64,000 nt of DNA from Hormiphora californensis (Eukaryota; Animalia; Ctenophora). Of the stretch, positions 59,215-64,000 are shown piece after piece (position 1 is the stretch's first letter; every line of letters starts with the position of its first letter). The DNA lies in assembly GCA_020137815.1 (NCBI GenBank), contig CM035351.1, positions 1,798,001-1,862,000 of the forward strand, in the 5' to 3' direction. The position numbers and the translations under genes were made by a program. Under the pieces are notes generated by a model. That model was not told where the DNA came from. It saw only the letters and a list, made by a program, of their open reading frames with translations, and did no database searches.

Positions 59215-59900
59215 AATGGAACGCGCTAAATTTTAAATTTGTTGGTAAGCGGTAAAGGTTGACCCGTCTCCTGAGAATTTAAAACTGTTTTGGCCATAAA
59301 GTCGGATTTTTTGAAGTTGTCACCCCCCTTCTCGTGCGCGGAATGTTTTTGCGCGTCACATCACATGTTAACGTGTGGTGTGCGCGTCGAAATTGATAAA
59401 TTTCACATGCGCGGTCATTTGGGGGTGACAACTTCAAAAAATTCGACTTTAACTCAGCCGTTTCTTGACCAATTTGCAAAATCTTGGGCTCATTGGAAAG
59501 AGGACATTGAGATCTTTATAATGAGCTCAATAAAATGAAAATTGGCGCAAATTGCGCGGCGTAGTGGCGAAAACGCGCATTTTGTGCCATTACGCCGCGC
59601 AAAGCCGCGCAATTTGCGCCGATTTTGATTTTCTTGGGCTCATCTAAAAGAGCTCAATGTCCTCTTTCCAATGAGCCCAAGATTTTGCAAATTGGTCAAG
59701 AAATGGCTGATTTAAAGTCCTTTTTTTTTCAACTGTTCACCCCCCAAAGTCGTGCGCGGAATTGTTTTGCGCGTTTATCACATGTTAACGTATAGCGCGC
59801 GCCACCCAAATTCTAATTTTTATTAAATTTCAGTTTTTGGGTGAACAGTTGAAAAAAAATGGACTTTACCGCTTACCAAATTTTGTTGCGCTGCATTTTG
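59215..59900. mobile_element. Composite palindromic MITE region
   Basis: agtcggattttttgaagttgtcaccccc-type TIR pair at ~59298-59450. Inverted arms ~59418-59560 / ~59604-59748. Outer inverted motif ttggtaagcggtaaag / ctttaccgcttaccaa. Confidence 0.65.
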
Positions 59901-60083
59901 AGCGTGCGCGCGACACAACAATTCGCGAATTTGAAACTTTTAAATTTTCTGATTTGTGTCTTCTTTCATTTTTGTGTCCTTTTTTTGAATTTTGTGTACA
60001 GTCCCCTCCGGCCTCCTGGGACCTGGCTCATGGGCAAATGCCAATGTGTTAAGCAGTACCCAGAGGGCTTGCAGCGTATGACA

Positions 60084-60352
60084 AGTCGTATTTTTTGAAG
60101 TTGTTACCCCCGACCCCCCTTTTCACGCACGGCTTCGTATTTGTGCGTGACAGCCCCCACTTACTCTCACTTTTCGGCAAAAAGCCGCATATCAACGGAA
60201 AGAGTATAATTTTGTGAGCCGTAAAACTTTTGATTGACGAAATTGGTCAAGAAACAAAGGCGTGAGAGCCAAAAAAAGTTTCCGGTGCACAAATAAAAAC
60301 TCGCACGCCACCCTTGAAAGTTGAAGATGACAACTTCAAAAAAATCCGACTT
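60084..60352. mobile_element. Diverged copy of the 62869-63132 MITE
   Basis: Shares its TIR and internal sequence (cttttcacgcacgg..gacagcccccactt..cacttttcggcaaaaagccgcatatc). Confidence 0.8.
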
Positions 60353-60572
60353 TACTAGCAATAAGCAAACGTGTAGGACGTAGCTAGAGGATAATTGTTT
60401 TGGGAATTGAGTCGATTTGCGGTACTAGGGGTAAGCCGTAAAGTTATGAAACACTGCTATAAACTGTAAAGCAGGCTCCAAATCCTCCCAAGTTCAAATC
60501 TCAGGTGTAGTTTCCTCTACCCTCCTTGATACACCCAAACAACAACTCAATTATCAACAATAGAGTGGTTTT

Positions 60573-60840
60573 CACAGTGAACCATAATAAAGTTCAAGTG
60601 CACCACATCCAGAAGAGACAATATCCAAGTTAAGAGCACACCACATCCAGAAGAAGCCACTCCCGATCCAGAAAATACTACACACAGAGGATACCACGCG
60701 TAGAAGATGCCTATTTGCGTGTGTGATATCTTCTGTTTGCGGTATCCCCTGCACGTGGTCTCTTCTGGATGGGGACTGGGGTGCTCTCCTGGTCCTGGTG
60801 CACTCTTGGACGCTCTTTAACTTTATTATGGTTCACTATG
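60573..60840. mobile_element. Small MITE
   Basis: TIR cacagtgaaccataataaagtt / aactttattatggttcactatg, with internal gcaccacatccagaaga repeats. Confidence 0.65.
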
Positions 60841-61256
60841 ATGCGTGTCAGTGTGTTGTGTCGCTGTGCTCTGCGGAGTATTAACTATTTAGGAGGCTTA
60901 TCTTTTTAAATATCCTGTGTTTTATGCAAATTTAATGAATTGTAATTAACCACCAGAATTATTGTTATGCCTCAGACCCCAAACAAGTAGACCCTTCGAC
61001 GTAAGACTGTCCAGTCTTTTGAGAGACAACAGCATGTAATGTTATCATTCGTTCTTCCTACCAAAGTTTTACGGGCTCTACTGACTAAATGCTTTGACAT
61101 GATGCATCATTTTTTTAAACTTAGCAGAAATGTGTGTGATCACATACAAGTACAACCCCCATTACCGTTGGTGACTCAACAAAACTGGGGGGGGGGGGGG
61201 TTTGAAACCCCATTGTGTAACAGTTATTGAAACTTGGATACATATCATTATTGGTT

Positions 61257-61475
61257 GTACGAGAATCTGGAGCGTTCTCTCATTATGATATAACGTCGTG
61301 GGGTGCCGAATATTTCACGTTCGTGACGATGGCTCACCCAGTAACCATTTGATTTCTCCTACAAATCTAACCAGCAATTGACGTCACATGAGTGAAGATG
61401 ATTACAAATACAATAGGTTGATCAAAGTCAGGACTCACGTTTTTGCAGTGACACGAGGTTGGGATCACGACTTTC
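61257..61475 (+). repeat. ~220-bp dispersed direct repeat, copy 1 (copy 2 at ~63139-63362)
   Basis: gtacgagaatctgg..gcgttctctcattatgatataacgtcgtggggtgcc..gatcacgacttt occurs twice with a few differences. Confidence 0.85.
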
Positions 61476-61864
61476 AGGTCTCGGAAAACTTAGATCAGAT
61501 CCCAATAATGTGATCCAATTCTCGGAAAGGGGGAAGGGGTCAAATACCTCTAATGTGATCTGATCCGGGGACTACCAAGCCGTCCATAGGAATGTGTGTG
61601 ACATGTGACCCAAATTGATGGATCTGCATATGCATAGTATAGTTTGCCTAGCTCGACCCTCTCTTCAAACGCCCCGCCAAATGTAAAAGAGGGTTAAAAC
61701 ATAACAAAGCACAGTAATAACTATGAGTATGATACAATAATTAAAGTTGGTGACGCCATCACCTCTCTGCGACTCACCTCTCTGTGACTCAGCCCGCTTC
61801 GCGGGCTTCGTTTTCGTGCGCTAAGCGCGCGAGTTGTAAGGGTGACTGCGCCACCAATAATTAA

Positions 61865-62864
61865 GGCCAGAGGGGGGGGGGGGGGTTGACGGGTTTTTTG
61901 GGGTGTTTTTTGAGGTATACGTTATATGAAAGCGCTGGGCAAGGCGGATCGATTAGAACAGACGTCATCGATGTTGCGCGCACCGTTTGGCCAAAATTTG
62001 GGGGTTAACATTTGGCCTATAATGGATGTTAACCCCTATAAATCAGGATTGGTGGGGTCTAGAACATCCATCATTGTACCAAAGGCTTCGCCTTGTCTTG
62101 ATACAACTTCCTGAAAAGTTTTATGTCGTTACTCCAACTACTTCTTGATTTTTTGGGGGTTTACAAAATATGCGGAAAAAGCCCTTTTTGCCTCTAATTT
62201 TGCTCTTTTTTGGGACATCCTGCCTAACTTCCTGAAATAACGGCTAGGACTCAGACCTTGCCGTTTGGCATAGTTGTTCTAGAGACCGTGTTCTTCAAAT
62301 TTGGTGTAGCGATTTTTTATTAAGGCCCCCGTTCAAAAATTATAGGGGTTTACATAAAATTTTCATGGACAAAACAAATGTTAACCCCTATAATTTTTGA
62401 ACGGGGGCCTTAATCAAAAATCGCTACACCAAATTTGAAGAACACGGTCTCTAGAACAACTATGCCAAACGGCAAGGTCTGAGTCCTAGCCGTTATTTCA
62501 GGAAGTTAGGCAGGATGTCCCAAAAAAGAGCAAAATTAGAGGCAAAAAGGGCTTTTTCCGCATATTTTGTAAACCCCCAAAAAATCAAGAAGTAGTTGGA
62601 GTAACGACATACAACTTTTCAGGAAGTTGTATCAAGACAAGACGAAGCCTTTGGTACAATGATGGATGTTCTAGACCCCACCAATCCTGATTTATAGGGG
62701 TTAACATCCATTATAGGCCAAATGTTAACCCCCAAATTTTGGCCAAACGGTGTGCGCAACATCGATGACGTCTGTTCTAATCGATCCGCCTTGCCCAGCG
62801 CTTTCATATAACGTATACCTCAAAAAACACCCCAAAAAACCCGTCGACCCCCCCCCCTCTGGCC
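61865..62864. mobile_element. 1.0-kb palindromic MITE with TTAA TSD and GG termini (Kolobok-type)
   Basis: ttaa|ggccagagggg...ccctctggcc|ttaa. Arms of ~485 bp around a ~30-bp spacer, which explains the mirror ORFs 61926+ and 62807-. Confidence 0.9.
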
Positions 62865-62868
62865 TTAA

Positions 62869-63132
62869 AGTCGGATTTTTTGAAGTTGTCACCCCCCTTT
62901 TCACGCACGGTGTCGTATTTGCGCGTGACAGCCCCCACTTGCTCTCACTTTTCGGCAAAAAGCCGCATATCATCGGAAAGAGCATAATTTTGTGAGTCCG
63001 TAAAAGTTTTTTTTGACGAAATTGGTCAAGAAACAAAGGTGTGAGAGCCAAAACAAGCGTCTGACAAGTTTCCGACGCGCAAATAAAAACTCGCACGCCA
63101 CCCAGGGGGTGACAACTTCAAAAAATCCGACT
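62869..63132. mobile_element. 264-bp MITE with TTAA TSD and AG/CT termini (Kolobok-type)
   Basis: ttaa|agtcggattttttgaagttgtcaccccc...gggggtgacaacttcaaaaaatccgact|ttaa. Confidence 0.85.
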
Positions 63133-63513
63133 TTAATTGTACGAGAATCTGGAACAGTCAAGTATTGCGTTCTCTCATTATGATATAACGTCGTGGGGTG
63201 CCAAATATTTCACGTTCGTGACGATGGCTCACACAGTAACCATTTGATTTCTCCTACAAATCTAACCAGCAATTGACGTCACTTGCGTGTAGATCGTTAC
63301 ATATACAATGGGTTGATCAGGACTCACGTTTTTGCAGTGACACGAGGTTGAGATCACGACTTTTAAGTATTGGACAAACTTGCTAATAGCGGACACACCC
63401 GATCTACCGACTATAATAATGTGTGTTAAAGTCAGGGGGGGGGGGTAGACGGGCCTAAAAAGTCACTTTTAAAATATGGCCCGACACTTCGAGCCGGACC
63501 AGATAAAATAATA

Positions 63514-64000
63514 CAGGGTGTTCATATGGGATCTTTACAAGCGTTGGGCTTCACTCAGAAAAAAGTTGACAAAATTAGCTTATGAAACTTCATACTTGGA
63601 CTATTCTATACCCTCATTCAAGGTTCCTGGTGTTTCCGGAGCTCTAATACCCCTGGAAGTGTGTTTTTGGCATCAAAACTACCAGAAGGAATTTTTTTGC
63701 TGGTGCTGAGACTTTGCTAGAATGTTTTTTGGGTATTTTCTATGTCAATTCCAAAGTTTCATGATGATTGGATGTGTGGTTCAGTCACCAAGTTCCAAAT
63801 AAACTGGCTAGAAAGGCCCAAAAACAGCTCAAAAACAGCAAAAAATTTATATTTTAGAGTCTTTCCAGGCACTTTTTTCGAAATTTTGAGTTTATAAAAC
63901 ACATCCAATCATCATGAAACTTTGGAATTGACATAGAAAATACCCAAAAAACATTCTAGCAAAGTCTCAGCACCAGCAAAAAATTCCTTCTGGTAGTTTT
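63514..64000. mobile_element. Tc1/mariner-type palindromic MITE, truncated by the window end
   Basis: Starts ta|cagggtg. 63676-63777 is the reverse complement of 63899-64000. Confidence 0.75.

Noticed and set aside
61926-62807. Two near-identical 62-aa ORFs on opposite strands
   Set aside because: Mirror images inside the arms of a palindromic MITE.

Overview
Animal genomic DNA with spliceosomal introns, abundant (CT/GA)n microsatellites and many non-autonomous DNA transposons. The taxon cannot be read from the sequence; strongly diverged proteins, an Ig-bearing semaphorin, a nested intronic gene and splice acceptors next to start codons would fit an early-branching animal such as a ctenophore (inference only). 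I built gene models by hand from GT/AG sites and exon phase. In order: a 4-exon orphan coiled-coil gene (-), ADAM17/TACE (-), an intron-containing type I Baeyer-Villiger monooxygenase with a hydrophobic N-terminus (+), PHF12 (+), a 4-exon orphan gene (+), a Janus-kinase-architecture gene (SH2-like, pseudokinase, acidic Tyr-rich linker, tyrosine kinase; -), a ~21 kb transmembrane semaphorin (Sema-PSI-Ig-Ig-TM; +), and FAIM (-). The third FAIM intron holds an intronless, same-strand CCCH-WWE-PARP (PARP12/ZAP-like) gene. Several MITEs are near-perfect 0.9-1.4 kb palindromes. Homopolymer-garbled stretches and single-base insertions point to local assembly errors. Best leads: the divergent JAK, the nested ZAP-like gene with an altered catalytic site, the BVMO as a possible horizontal transfer, and possible SL trans-splicing with an operon-like gene run.
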